Source: Paramoeba atlantica (taxonomy: Eukaryota > Protista > Discosea). Taken from it: DNA of 64,000 nt. The notes under the pieces are model-generated. The model saw nothing but the letters and a program-made list of their open reading frames with translations, did not search any database and had not been told where the DNA came from. Positions 15,001 to 30,000 of the stretch are shown here, one piece after another. Where the stretch lies: the NCBI GenBank assembly GCA_977017575.1, contig CDRNVI010000052.1:248001-312000 (forward strand). The letters are read 5' to 3'. The position numbers and the translations under genes were made by a program. The stretch's first letter is position 1. Every line of letters begins with the position of its first letter.

Positions 15001-18000
15001 GTGATATTAATACAAAAAGTGATCTTAATACAAAAAGTGATCTTAATACAAAAAGTGATCTTAATACAAAAAGTGATCTTAATACAAAAAGTGATCTTAA
15101 TACAAAAAGTGATCTTAATACCAAAAGTGATCTTAATACAAAAAGTGATCTTAATACAAAAAGTGATCTTAATACAAAAAGTGATCTGAATACAAAAAGT
15201 GATCTTAATACAAAAAGTGATCTTAATACAAAAAGTGATCTTAATACAAAAAGTGATCTTAATGCAAAAAGTGATCTTAATACAAAAAGTGATCTTAATA
15301 CAAAAAGTGATCTTAATACAAAAAGTGATCTTAATACAAAAAGTGATCTTAATACAAAAAGTGATCTTAATACAAAAAGTGATCTTAATACAAAAAGTGA
15401 TCTTAATACAAAAAGTGATCTTAATACAAAAAGTGATCTTAATACAAAAAGTGATCTTAATACAAAAAGTGATCTTAATACAAAAAGTGATCTCAATACA
15501 AAAAGTGATCTTAATGCAAAAAGTGATCTTAATACAAAAAGTGATCTTAATACAAAAAGTGATCTTAATACAAAAAGTGATCTTAATACAAAAAGTGATC
15601 TTAATACCAAAAGTGATCTTAATGCAAAAAGTGTTCTTAATACAAAAAGTGATCTTAATACAAAAAGTGATCCTAATACAAAAAGTGATCTTAATACAAA
15701 AAGTGATCTTAATACAAAAAGTGGTCTTAATACAAAAAGTGATCTTAATACAAAAAGTGATCTTAATACAAAAAGTGATCTTAATACAAAAAGTGATCTT
15801 AATACAAAAAGTGATCTGAATACAAAAAGTGATCTTAATACAAAAAGTGATCTTAATACCAAAAGTGATCTTAATACAAAAAGTGATATTAATACAAAAA
15901 GTGATCTTAATACAAAAAGTGATCTGAATACAAAAAGTGATCTTAATACAAAAAGTGATCTTAATACAAAAAGTGATCTTAATACAAAAAGTGATCTTAA
16001 TGCAAAAAGTGATCTTAATACAAAAAGTGATCTTAATACAAAAAGTGATCTTAATACAAAAAGTGATCTTAATACAAAAAGTGATCTTAATACAAAAAGT
16101 GATCTTAATACAAAAAGTGATCTTAATACAAAAAGTGATCTTAATACAAAAAGTGATCTTAATACAAAAAGTGATCTTAATACAAAAAGTGATCTCAATA
16201 CAAAAAGTGATCTTAATGCAAAAAGTGATCTTAATACCAACAGTGATCTTAATGCAAAAAGTGTTCTTAATACAAAAAGTGATCTTAATACAAAAAGTGA
16301 TCCTAATACAAAAAGTGATCTTAATACAAAAAGTGATCTTAATACAAAAAGTGGTCTTAATACAAAAAGTGATCTTAATACAAAAAGTGATCTTAATACA
16401 AAAAGTGATCTTAATACAAATAGTGATCTTAATACCAAAAGTGATCTTAATACAAAAAGTGATCTTAATACAAAAAGTGATCTTAATACAAAAAGTGATC
16501 TTAATACAAAAAGTGATCTGAATACAAAAAGTGATCTTAATACAAAAAGTGATCTTAATACAAAAAGTGATCTTAATGCAAAAAGTGATCTTAATACAAA
16601 AAGTGATCTTAATACAAAAAGTGATCTTAATACAAAAAGTGATCTTAATACAAAAAGTGATCTTAATACAAAAAGTTATCTTAATACCAAAAGTGATCTT
16701 AATACAAAAAGTGATCTTAATACAAAAAGTGATCTTAAGACAAAAAGTGATCTTAATACAAAAAGTGATCTTAATACAAAAAGTGATCTTAATACAAAAA
16801 GTGATCATAATACAAAAAGTGATCTTAATACAAAAAGTGTTCTTAATACTAAAAGTGATCTTAATACAAAAAGTGATCTTAATACAAAAAGTGATCTTAA
16901 TGCAAAAAGTGATCTTAATACCAACAGTGATCTTAATGCAAAAAGTGTTCTTAATACAAAAAGTGATCTTAATACAAAAAGTGATCCTAATACAAAAAGT
17001 GATCTTAATACAAAAAGTGATCTTAATACAAAAAGTGTTCTTAATACAAAAAGTGATCTTAATACAAAAAGTGATCCTAATACAAAAAGTGATCTTAATA
17101 CAAAAAGTGATCTTAATACAAAAAGTGGTCTTAATACAAAAAGTGATCTTAATACAAAAAGTGATCTTAATACAAAAAGTGATCTTAATACAAAAAGTGA
17201 TCTTAATACAAAAAGTGATCTGAATACAAAAAGTGATCTTAATACAAAAAGTGATCTTAATACCAAAAGTGATCTTAATACAAAAAGTGATCTTAATACA
17301 AAAAGTGATCTTAATACAAAAAGTGATCTGAATACAAAAAGTGATCTTAATACAAAAAGTGATCTTAATACAAAAAGTGATCTTAATACAAAAAGTGATC
17401 TTAATGCAAAAAGTGATCTTAATACAAAAAGTGATCTTAATACAAAAAGTGATCTTAATACAAAAAGTGATCTTAATACAAAAAGTGATCTTAATACAAA
17501 AAGTGATCTTAATACAAAAAGTGATCTTAATACAAAAAGTGATCTTAATACAAAAAGTGATCTTAATACAAAAAGTGATCTTAATACAAAAAGTGATCTT
17601 AATACAAAAAGTGGTCTTAATACAAAAAGTGATCTTAATACAAAAAGTGATCTTAATACAAAAAGTGATCTTAATACAAATAGTGATCTTAATACCAAAA
17701 GTGATCTTAATACAAAAAGTGATCTTAATACAAAAAGTGATCTTAATACAAAAAGTGATCTTAATACAAAAAGTGATCTGAATACAAAAAGTGATCTTAA
17801 TACAAAAAGTGATCTTAATACAAAAAGTGATCTTAATGCAAAAAGTGATCTTAATACAAAAAGTGATCTTAATACAAAAAGTGATCTTAATACAAAAAGT
17901 GATCTTAATACAAAAAGTGATCTTAATACAAAAAGTGATCTGAATACAAAAAGTGATCTTAATACAAAAAGTGATCTTAATACCAAAAGTGATCTTAATA

Positions 18001-21000
18001 CAAAAAGTGATCTTAATACAAAAAGTGATCTTAATACAAAAAGTGATCTGAATACAAAAAGTGATCTTAATACAAAAAGTGATCTTAATACAAAAAGTGA
18101 TCTTAATACAAAAAGTGATCTTAATGCAAAAAGTGATCTTAATACAAAAAGTGATCTTAATACAAAAAGTGATCTTAATACAAAAAGTGATCTTAATACA
18201 AAAAGTGATCTTAATACAAAAAGTGATCTTAATACAAAAAGTGATCTTAATACAAAAAGTGATCTTAATACAAAAAGTGATCTTAATACAAAAAGTGATC
18301 TTAATACAAAAAGTGATCTCAATACAAAAAGTGATCTTAATGCAAAAAGTGATCTTAATACCAACAGTGATCTTAATGCAAAAAGTGTTCTTAATACAAA
18401 AAGTGATCTTAATACAAAAAGTGATCCTAATACAAAAAGTGATCTTAATACAAAAAGTGATCTTAATACAAAAAGTGGTCTTAATACAAAAAGTGATCTT
18501 AATACAAAAAGTGATCTTAATACAAAAAGTGATCTTAATACAAATAGTGATCTTAATACCAAAAGTGATCTTAATACAAAAAGTGATCTTAATACAAAAA
18601 GTGATCTTAATACAAAAAGTGATCTTAATACAAAAAGTGATCTGAATACAAAAAGTGATCTTAATACAAAAAGTGATCTTAATACAAAAAGTGATCTTAA
18701 TGCAAAAAGTGATCTTAATACAAAAAGTGATCTTAATACAAAAAGTGATCTTAATACAAAAAGTGATCTTAATACAAAAAGTGATCTTAATACAAAAAGT
18801 TATCTTAATACCAAAAGTGATCTTAATACAAAAAGTGATCTTAATACAAAAAGTGATCTTAAGACAAAAAGTGATCTTAATACAAAAAGTGATCTTAATA
18901 CAAAAAGTGATCTTAATACAAAAAGTGATCATAATACAAAAAGTGATCTTAATACAAAAAGTGTTCTTAATACTAAAAGTGATCTTAATACAAAAAGTGA
19001 TCTTAATACAAAAAGTGATCTTAATACAAAAAGTGATCTTAATACAAAAAGTGATCTTAATACAAAAAGTGATCTTAATACAAAAAGTGATCTTAATACA
19101 AAAAGTGATCTTAATACAAAAAGTGATCTTAATACAAAAAGTGATCTTAATACAAAAAGTGATCTTAATACAAAAAGTGATCTGAATACAAAAAGTGATC
19201 TTAATACAAAAAGTGATCTTAATACAAAAAGTGATCTTAATGCAAAAAGTGATCTTAATACAAAAAGTGATCTTAATACAAAAAGTGATCTTAATACAAA
19301 AAGTGATCTTAATACAAAAAGTGATCTTAATACAAAAAGTTATCTTAATACCAAAAGTGATCTTAATACAAAAAGTGATCTTAATACAAAAAGTGATCTT
19401 AAGACAAAAAGTGATCTTAATACAAAAAGTGATCTTAATACAAAAAGTGATCTTAATACAAAAAGTGATCATAATACAAAAAGTGATCTTAATACAAAAA
19501 GTGTTCTTAATACTAAAAGTGATCTTAATACAAAAAGTGATCTTAATACAAAAAGTGATCTTAATACAAAAAGTGATCTTAATACAAAAAGTGATCTTAA
19601 TACAAAAAGTGATCTTAATACAAAAAGTGATCTTAATACAAAAAGTGATCTTAATACAAAAAGTGATCTTAATACAAAAAGTGATCTTAATACAAAAAGT
19701 GATCTTAATACAAAAAGTGATCTGAATACAAAAAGTGATCTTAATACAAAAAGTGATCTTAATACAAAAAGTGATCTTAATACAAAAAGTGATCTTAAGA
19801 CAAAAAGTGATCTTAATACAAAAAGTGATCTTAATACAAAAAGTGATCATAATACAAAAAGTGATCTTAATACAAAAAGTGTTCTTAATACTAAAAGTGA
19901 TCTTAATACAAAAAGTGATCTTAATACAAAAAGTGATCTTAATACAAAAAGTGATCTTAATACAAAAAGTGATCTTAATACAAAAAGTGATCTTAATACA
20001 AAAAGTGATCCTAATACAAAAAGTGATCTTAATACAAAAAGTGATCTTAATACAAAAAGTGATCTTAATACAAAAAGTGTTCTTAATACTAAAAGTGATC
20101 TTAATACAAAAAGTGATCTTAATACAAAAAGTGATCTTAATACAAAAAGTGATCTTAATACAAAAAGTGATCTTAATACAAAAAGTGATCTTAATACAAA
20201 AAGTGATCCTAATACAAAAAGTGATCTTAATACAAAAAGTGATCTTAATACAAAAAGTGATCTTAATACAAAAAGTGATCTTAATACAAAAAGTGATCTT
20301 AATACAAAAAGTGATCTTAATAAAAAAAGTGATCTTAATACAAAAAGTGATCTTAATACAAAAAGTGATCTTAATACAAAAAGTGATCTTAATAAAAAAA
20401 GTGATCTTAATACAAAAAGTTATCTTAATACCAAAAGTGATCTTAATACAAAAAGTGATCTTAATACAAAAAGTGATCTTAAGACAAAAAGGGATCTTAA
20501 TACAAAAAGTGATCTTAATACAAAAAGTGATCATAATACAAAAAGTGATCTTAATACAAAAAGTGTTCTTAATACAAAAAGTGATCTTAATACAAAAAGT
20601 GATCTTAATACAAAAAGTGATCTTAATACAAAAAGTGATCTTAATACAAAAAGTGATCCTAATACAAAAAGTGATCTTAATACAAAAAGTGATCTTAATA
20701 CAAAAAGTGATCTTAATACAAAAAGTGATCTTAATACAAAAAGTGATCTTAATACAAAAAGTGATCTTAATACAAAAAGTGATCTTAATACAAAAAGTGA
20801 TCTTAATACAAAAAGTGATCTTAATACAAAAAGTGATCTTAATACAAAAAGTGATCTTAATACAAAAAGTGTTCTTAATACCAAAAGTGATCTTAATGCA
20901 AAAAGTGTTCTTAATACAAAAAGTGATCTTAATACAAAAAGTGATCCTAATACAAAAAGTGATCTTAATACAAAAAGTGATCTTAATACAAAAAGTGGTC

Positions 21001-24000
21001 TTAATACAAAAAGTGATCTTAATACAAAAAGTGATCTTAATACAAAAAGTGATCTTAATACAAATAGTGATCTTAATACCAAAAGTGATCTTAATACAAA
21101 AAGTGATCTTAATACAAAAAGTGATCTTAATACAAAAAGTGATCTTAATACAAAAAGTGATCTGAATACAAAAAGTGATCTTAATACAAAAAGTGATCTT
21201 AATACAAAAAGTGATCTTAATGCAAAAAGTGATCTTAATACAAAAAGTGATCTTAATACAAAAAGTGATCTTAATACAAAAAGTGATCTTAATACAAAAA
21301 GTGATCTTAATACAAAAAGTGATCTTAATACCAAAAGTGATCTTAATACAAAAAGTGATCTTAATACAAAAAGTGATCTTAAGACAAAAAGTGATCTTAA
21401 TACAAAAAGTGATCTTAATACAAAAAGTGATCTTAATACAAAAAGTGATCATAATACAAAAAGTGATCTTAATACAAAAAGTGTTCTTAATACTAAAAGT
21501 GATCTTAATACAAAAAGCGATCTTAATACAAAAAGTGATCTTAATACAAAAAGTGATCTTAATACAAAAAGTGATCTTAATACAAAAAGTGATCTTAATA
21601 CAAAAAGTGATCTTAATACAAAAAGTGATCTTAATACAAAAAGTGATCTTAATACAAAAAGTGATCTTAATACAAAAAGTGATCTTAATACAAAAAGTGA
21701 TCTTAATACAAAAAGTGATCTTAATACAAAAAGTGTTCTTAATACTAAAAGTGATCTTAATACAAAAAGTGATCTTAATACAAAAAGTGATCTTAATACA
21801 AAAAGTGATCTTAATACAAAAAGTGATCTTAATACAAAAAGTGATCTTAATACAAAAAGTGATCCTAATACAAAAAGTGATCTTAATACAAAAAGTGATC
21901 TTAATACAAAAAGTGATCTTAATACAAAAAGTGATCTTAATACAAAAAGTGATCTTAATACAAAAAGTGATCTTAATAAAAAAAGTGATCTTAATACAAA
22001 AAGTGATCTTAATACAAAAAGTGATCTTAATACAAAAAGTGATCTTAATAAAAAAAGTGATCTTAATACAAAAAGTTATCTTAATACCAAAAGTGATCTT
22101 AATACAAAAAGTGATCTTAATACAAAAAGTGATCTTAAGACAAAAAGTGATCTTAATACAAAAAGTGATCTTAATACAAAAAGTGATCATAATACAAAAA
22201 GTGATCTTAATACAAAAAGTGTTCTTAATACAAAAAGTGATCTTAATACAAAAAGTGATCTTAATACAAAAAGTGATCTTAATACAAAAAGTGATCTTAA
22301 TACAAAAAGTGATCCTAATACAAAAAGTGATCTTAATACAAAAAGTGATCTTAATACAAAAAGTGATCTTAATACAAAAAGTGATCTTAATACAAAAAGT
22401 GATCTTAATACAAAAAGTGATCTTAATACAAAAAGTGATCTTAATACAAAAAGTGATCTTAATACAAAAAGTGATCTTAATACAAAAAGTGATCTTAATA
22501 CAAAAAGTGATCTTAATACAAAAAGTGATCTTAATACAAAAAGTGATCTTAATACAAAAAGTGATCTTAATACAAAAAGTGATCTTAATACAAAAAGTGA
22601 TCTTAATACAAAAAGTGTTCTTAATACTAAAAGTGATCTTAATACAAAAAGTGATCTTAATACAAAAAGTGATCTTAATACAAAAAGTGATCTTAATACA
22701 AAAAGTGATCTTAATACAAAAAGTGATCTTAATACAAAAAGTGATCCTAATACAAAAAGTGATCTTAATACAAAAAGTGATCTTAATACAAAAAGTGATC
22801 TTAATACAAAAAGTGATCTTAATACAAAAAGTGATCTTAATACAAAAAGTGATCTTAATAAAAAAAGTGATCTTAATACAAAAAGTGATCTTAATACAAA
22901 AAGTGATCTTAATACAAAAAGTGATCTTAATACAAAAAGTGATCTTAATACAAAAAGTGATCTTAATACAAAAAGTGATCTTAATACAAAAAGTGATCTT
23001 AATACAAAAAGTGATCTTAATACAAAAAGTGATCTTAATACAAAAAGTGATCTGAATACAAAAAGTGATCTTAATACAAAAAGTGATCTTAATACAAAAA
23101 GTGATCTTAATACAAAAAGTGATCTTAAGACAAAAAGTGATCTTAATACAAAAAGTGATCTTAATACAAAAAGTGATCATAATACAAAAAGTGATCTTAA
23201 TACAAAAAGTGTTCTTAATACTAAAAGTGATCTTAATACAAAAAGTGATCTTAATACAAAAAGTGATCTTAATACAAAAAGTGATCTTAATACAAAAAGT
23301 GATCTTAATACAAAAAGTGATCTTAATACAAAAAGTGATCCTAATACAAAAAGTGATCTTAATACAAAAAGTGATCTTAATACAAAAAGTGATCTTAATA
23401 CAAAAAGTGTTCTTAATACTAAAAGTGATCTTAATACAAAAAGTGATCTTAATACAAAAAGTGATCTTAATACAAAAAGTGATCTTAATACAAAAAGTGA
23501 TCTTAATACAAAAAGTGATCTTAATACAAAAAGTGATCCTAATACAAAAAGTGATCTTAATACAAAAAGTGATCTTAATACAAAAAGTGATCTTAATACA
23601 AAAAGTGATCTTAATACAAAAAGTGATCTTAATACAAAAAGTGATCTTAATAAAAAAAGTGATCTTAATACAAAAAGTGATCTTAATACAAAAAGTGATC
23701 TTAATACAAAAAGTGATCTTAATAAAAAAAGTGATCTTAATACAAAAAGTTATCTTAATACCAAAAGTGATCTTAATACAAAAAGTGATCTTAATACAAA
23801 AAGTGATCTTAAGACAAAAAGGGATCTTAATACAAAAAGTGATCTTAATACAAAAAGTGATCATAATACAAAAAGTGATCTTAATACAAAAAGTGTTCTT
23901 AATACAAAAAGTGATCTTAATACAAAAAGTGATCTTAATACAAAAAGTGATCTTAATACAAAAAGTGATCTTAATACAAAAAGTGATCCTAATACAAAAA

Positions 24001-27000
24001 GTGATCTTAATACAAAAAGTGATCTTAATACAAAAAGTGATCTTAATACAAAAAGTGATCTTAATACAAAAAGTGATCTTAATACAAAAAGTGATCTTAA
24101 TACAAAAAGTGATCTTAATACAAAAAGTGATCTTAATACAAAAAGTGATCTTAATACAAAAAGTGATCTTAATACAAAAAGTGATCTTAATACAAAAAGT
24201 GTTCTTAATACCAAAAGTGATCTTAATGCAAAAAGTGTTCTTAATACAAAAAGTGATCTTAATACAAAAAGTGATCCTAATACAAAAAGTGATCTTAATA
24301 CAAAAAGTGATCTTAATACAAAAAGTGGTCTTAATACAAAAAGTGATCTTAATACAAAAAGTGATCTTAATACAAAAAGTGATCTTAATACAAATAGTGA
24401 TCTTAATACCAAAAGTGATCTTAATACAAAAAGTGATCTTAATACAAAAAGTGATCTTAATACAAAAAGTGATCTTAATACAAAAAGTGATCTGAATACA
24501 AAAAGTGATCTTAATACAAAAAGTGATCTTAATACAAAAAGTGATCTTAATGCAAAAAGTGATCTTAATACAAAAAGTGATCTTAATACAAAAAGTGATC
24601 TTAATACAAAAAGTGATCTTAATACAAAAAGTGATCTTAATACAAAAAGTGATCTTAATACCAAAAGTGATCTTAATACAAAAAGTGATCTTAATACAAA
24701 AAGTGATCTTAAGACAAAAAGTGATCTTAATACAAAAAGTGATCTTAATACAAAAAGTGATCTTAATACAAAAAGTGATCATAATACAAAAAGTGATCTT
24801 AATACAAAAAGTGTTCTTAATACTAAAAGTGATCTTAATACAAAAAGCGATCTTAATACAAAAAGTGATCTTAATACAAAAAGTGATCTTAATACAAAAA
24901 GTGATCTTAATACAAAAAGTGATCTTAATACAAAAAGTGATCTTAATACAAAAAGTGATCTTAATACAAAAAGTGATCTTAATACAAAAAGTGATCTTAA
25001 TACAAAAAGTGATCTTAATACAAAAAGTGATCTTAATACAAAAAGTGATCTTAATACAAAAAGTGTTCTTAATACTAAAAGTGATCTTAATACAAAAAGT
25101 GATCTTAATACAAAAAGTGATCTTAATACAAAAAGTGATCTTAATACAAAAAGTGATCTTAATACAAAAAGTGATCTTAATACAAAAAGTGATCCTAATA
25201 CAAAAAGTGATCTTAATACAAAAAGTGATCTTAATACAAAAAGTGATCTTAATACAAAAAGTGATCTTAATACAAAAAGTGATCTTAATACAAAAAGTGA
25301 TCTTAATAAAAAAAGTGATCTTAATACAAAAAGTGATCTTAATACAAAAAGTGATCTTAATACAAAAAGTGATCTTAATAAAAAAAGTGATCTTAATACA
25401 AAAAGTTATCTTAATACCAAAAGTGATCTTAATACAAAAAGTGATCTTAATACAAAAAGTGATCTTAAGACAAAAAGTGATCTTAATACAAAAAGTGATC
25501 TTAATACAAAAAGTGATCATAATACAAAAAGTGATCTTAATACAAAAAGTGTTCTTAATACAAAAAGTGATCTTAATACAAAAAGTGATCTTAATACAAA
25601 AAGTGATCTTAATACAAAAAGTGATCTTAATACAAAAAGTGATCCTAATACAAAAAGTGATCTTAATACAAAAAGTGATCTTAATACAAAAAGTGATCTT
25701 AATACAAAAAGTGATCTTAATACAAAAAGTGATCTTAATACAAAAAGTGATCTTAATACAAAAAGTGATCTTAATACAAAAAGTGATCTTAATACAAAAA
25801 GTGATCTTAATACAAAAAGTGATCTTAATACAAAAAGTGATCTTAATACCAAAAGTGATCTTAATGCAAAAAGTGTTCTTAATACAAAAAGTGATCTTAA
25901 TACAAAAAGTGATCCTAATACAAAAAGTGATCTTAATACAAAAAGTGATCTTAATACAAAAAGTGGTCTTAATACAAAAAGTGATCTTAATACAAAAAGT
26001 GATCTTAATACAAAAAGTGATCTTAATACAAATAGTGATCTTAATACCAAAAGTGATCTTAATACAAAAAGTGATCTTAATACAAAAAGTGATCTTAATA
26101 CAAAAAGTGATCTGAATACAAAAAGTGATCTTAATACAAAAAGTGATCTTAATACAAAAAGTGATCTTAATGCAAAAAGTGATCTTAATACAAAAAGTGA
26201 TCTTAATACAAAAAGTGATCTTAATACAAAAAGTGATCTTAATACAAAAAGTGATCTTAATACAAAAAGTTATCTTAATACCAAAAGTGATCTTAATACA
26301 AAAAGTGATCTTAATACAAAAAGTGATCTTAAGACAAAAAGTGATCTTAATACAAAAAGTGATCTTAATACAAAAAGTGATCTTAATACAAAAAGTGATC
26401 ATAATACAAAAAGTGATCTTAATACAAAAAGTGTTCTTAATACTAAAAGTGATCTTAATACAAAAAGCGATCTTAATACAAAAAGTGATCTTAATACAAA
26501 AAGTGATCTTAATACAAAAAGTGATCTTAATACAAAAAGTGATCTTAATACAAAAAGTGATCTTAATACAAAAAGTGATCTTAATACAAAAAGTGATCTT
26601 AATACAAAAAGTGATCTTAATACAAAAAGTGATCTTAATACAAAAAGTGATCTTAATACAAAAAGTGATCTGAATACAAAAAGTGATCTTAATACAAAAA
26701 GTGATCTTAATACAAAAAGTGATCTTAATGCAAAAAGTGATCTTAATACAAAAAGTGATCTTAATACAAAAAGTGATCTTAATACAAAAAGTGATCTTAA
26801 TACAAAAAGTGATCTTAATACAAAAAGTTATCTTAATACCAAAAGTGATCTTAAGACAAAAAGTGATCTTAATACAAAAAGTGATCTTAAGACAAAAAGT
26901 GATCTTAATACAAAAAGTGATCTTAATACAAAAAGTGATCATAATACAAAAAGTGATCTTAATACAAAAAGTGTTCTTAATACTAAAAGTGATCTTAATA

Positions 27001-30000
27001 CAAAAAGTGATCTTAATACAAAAAGTGATCTTAATACAAAAAGTGATCTTAATACAAAAAGTGATCTTAATACAAAAAGTGATCTTAATACAAAAAGTGA
27101 TCTTAATACAAAAAGTGATCTTAATACAAAAAGTGATCTTAATACAAAAAGTGATCTGAATACAAAAAGTGATCTTAATACAAAAAGTGATCTTAATACA
27201 AAAAGTGATCTTAATGCAAAAAGTGATCTTAATACAAAAAGTGATCTTAATACAAAAAGTGATCTTAATACAAAAAGTGATCTTAATACAAAAAGTGATC
27301 TTAATACAAAAAGTTATCTTAATACCAAAAGTGATCTTAATACAAAAAGTGATCTTAATACAAAAAGTGATCTTAAGACAAAAAGTGATCTTAATACAAA
27401 AAGTGATCTTAATACAAAAAGTGATCATAATACAAAAAGTGATCTTAATACAAAAAGTGTTCTTAATACTAAAAGTGATCTTAATACAAAAAGTGATCTT
27501 AATACAAAAAGTGATCTTAATACAAAAAGTGATCTTAATACAAAAAGTGATCTTAATACAAAAAGTGATCTTAATACAAAAAGTGATCCTAATACAAAAA
27601 GTGATCTTAATACAAAAAGTGATCTTAATACAAAAAGTGATCTTAATACAAAAAGTGTTCTTAATACTAAAAGTGATCTTAATACAAAAAGTGATCTTAA
27701 TACAAAAAGTGATCTTAATACAAAAAGTGATCTTAATACAAAAAGTGATCTTAATACAAAAAGTGATCTTAATACAAAAAGTGATCCTAATACAAAAATT
27801 GATCTTAATACAAAAAGTGATCTTAATACAAAAAGTGATCTTAATACAAAAAGTGATCTTAATACAAAAAGTGATCTTAAGACAAAAAGTGATCTTAATA
27901 CAAAAAGTGATCTTAATACAAAAAGTGATCATAATACAAAAAGTGATCTTAATACAAAAAGTGTTCTTAATACAAAAAGTAATCTTAATACAAAAAGTGA
28001 TCTTAATACAAAAAGTGATCTTAATACAAAAAGTGATCTTAATACAAAAAGTGATCCTAATACAAAAAGTGATCTTAATACAAAAAGTGATCTTAATACA
28101 AAAAGTGATCTTAATACAAAAAGTGATCTTAATACAAAAAGTGATCTTAATACAAAAAGTGATCTTAATACAAAAAGTGATCTTAATACAAAAAGTGATC
28201 TTAATACAAAAAGTGATCTTAATACAAAAAGTGATCTTAATACAAAAAGTGATCTTAATACAAAAAGTGATCTTAATACAAAAAGTGATCTTAATACAAA
28301 AAGTGATCTTAATACAAAAAGTTATCTTAATACCAAAAGTGATCTTAATACAAAAAGTGATCTTAATACAAAAAGTGATCTTAAGACAAAAAGTGATCTT
28401 AATACAAAAAGTGATCTTAATACAAAAAGTGATCTTAATACAAAAAGTGATCATAATACAAAAAGTGATCTTAATACAAAAAGTGTTCTTAATACTAAAA
28501 GTGATCTTAATACAAAAAGTGATCTTAATACAAAAAGTGATCTTAATACAAAAAGTGATCTTAATACAAAAAGTGATCTTAATACAAAAAGTGATCTTAA
28601 TACAAAAAGTGATCTTAATACAAAAAGTGATCTTAATACAAAAAGTGATCTTAATACAAAAAGTGATCTTAATACAAAAAGTGATCTTAATACAAAAAGT
28701 GATCTTAATACAAAAAGTGATCTGAATACAAAAAGTGATCTTAATACAAAAAGTGATCTTAATACAAAAAGTGATCTTAATGCAAAAAGTGATCTTAATA
28801 CAAAAAGTGATCTTAATACAAAAAGTGATCTTAATACAAAAAGTTATCTTAATACCAAAAGTGATCTTAAGACAAAAAGTGATCTTAATACAAAAAGTGA
28901 TCTTAAGACAAAAAGTGATCTTAATACAAAAAGTGATCTTAATACAAAAAGTGATCATAATACAAAAAGTGATCTTAATACAAAAAGTGTTCTTAATACT
29001 AAAAGTGATCTTAATACAAAAAGTGATCTTAATACAAAAAGTGATCTTAATACAAAAAGTGATCTTAATACAAAAAGTGATCTTAATACAAAAAGTGATC
29101 TTAATACAAAAAGTGATCCTAATACAAAAAGTGATCTTAATACAAAAAGTGATCTTAATACAAAAAGTGATCTTAATACAAAAAGTGATCTTAATACAAA
29201 AAGTGATCTTAATACAAAAAGTGATCTTAATACAAAAAGTGATCTTAATAAAAAAAGTGATCTTAATACAAAAAGTGATCTTAATACAAAAAGTGATCTT
29301 AATACAAAAAGTGATCTTAATACAAAAAGTGATCTTAATACCAAAAGTGATCTTAATGCAAAAAGTGTTCTTAATACAAAAAGTGATCTTAATACAAAAA
29401 GTGATCCTAATACAAAAAGTGATCTTAATACAAAAAGTGATCTTAATACAAAAAGTGGTCTTAATACAAAAAGTGATCTTAATACAAAAAGTGATCTTAA
29501 TACAAAAAGTGATCTTAATACAAAAAGTGATCTTAATACAAAAAGTGATCTTAATACAAAAAGTGATCTTAATACAAAAAGTGATCTTAATACAAAAAGT
29601 GATCTTAATACAAAAAGTGATCTTAATACAAAAGGTGATCTTAATACAAAAAGTGATCTTAATGCAAAAAGTGATCTTAATACAAAAAGTGATTTTAATA
29701 CCAAAAGTGATCTTAATGCAAAAAGTGATCTTAATACAAAAAGTGATCTTAATACAAAAAGTGATCTTAATACAAAAAGTGATCTTAATACAAAAAGTGA
29801 TCTTAATACAAAAAGTGATCTTAATACAAAAAGTGATCTTAATACAAAAAGTGATCTTAATACAAAAAGTGATCTTAATACAAAAAGTGATCTTAATACA
29901 AAAAGTGATCTTAATGCAAAAAGTGATCTTAATACAAAAAGTGATCTTAATACAAAAAGTGATCTTAATACAAAAAGTGATCTTAATACAAAAAGTGATC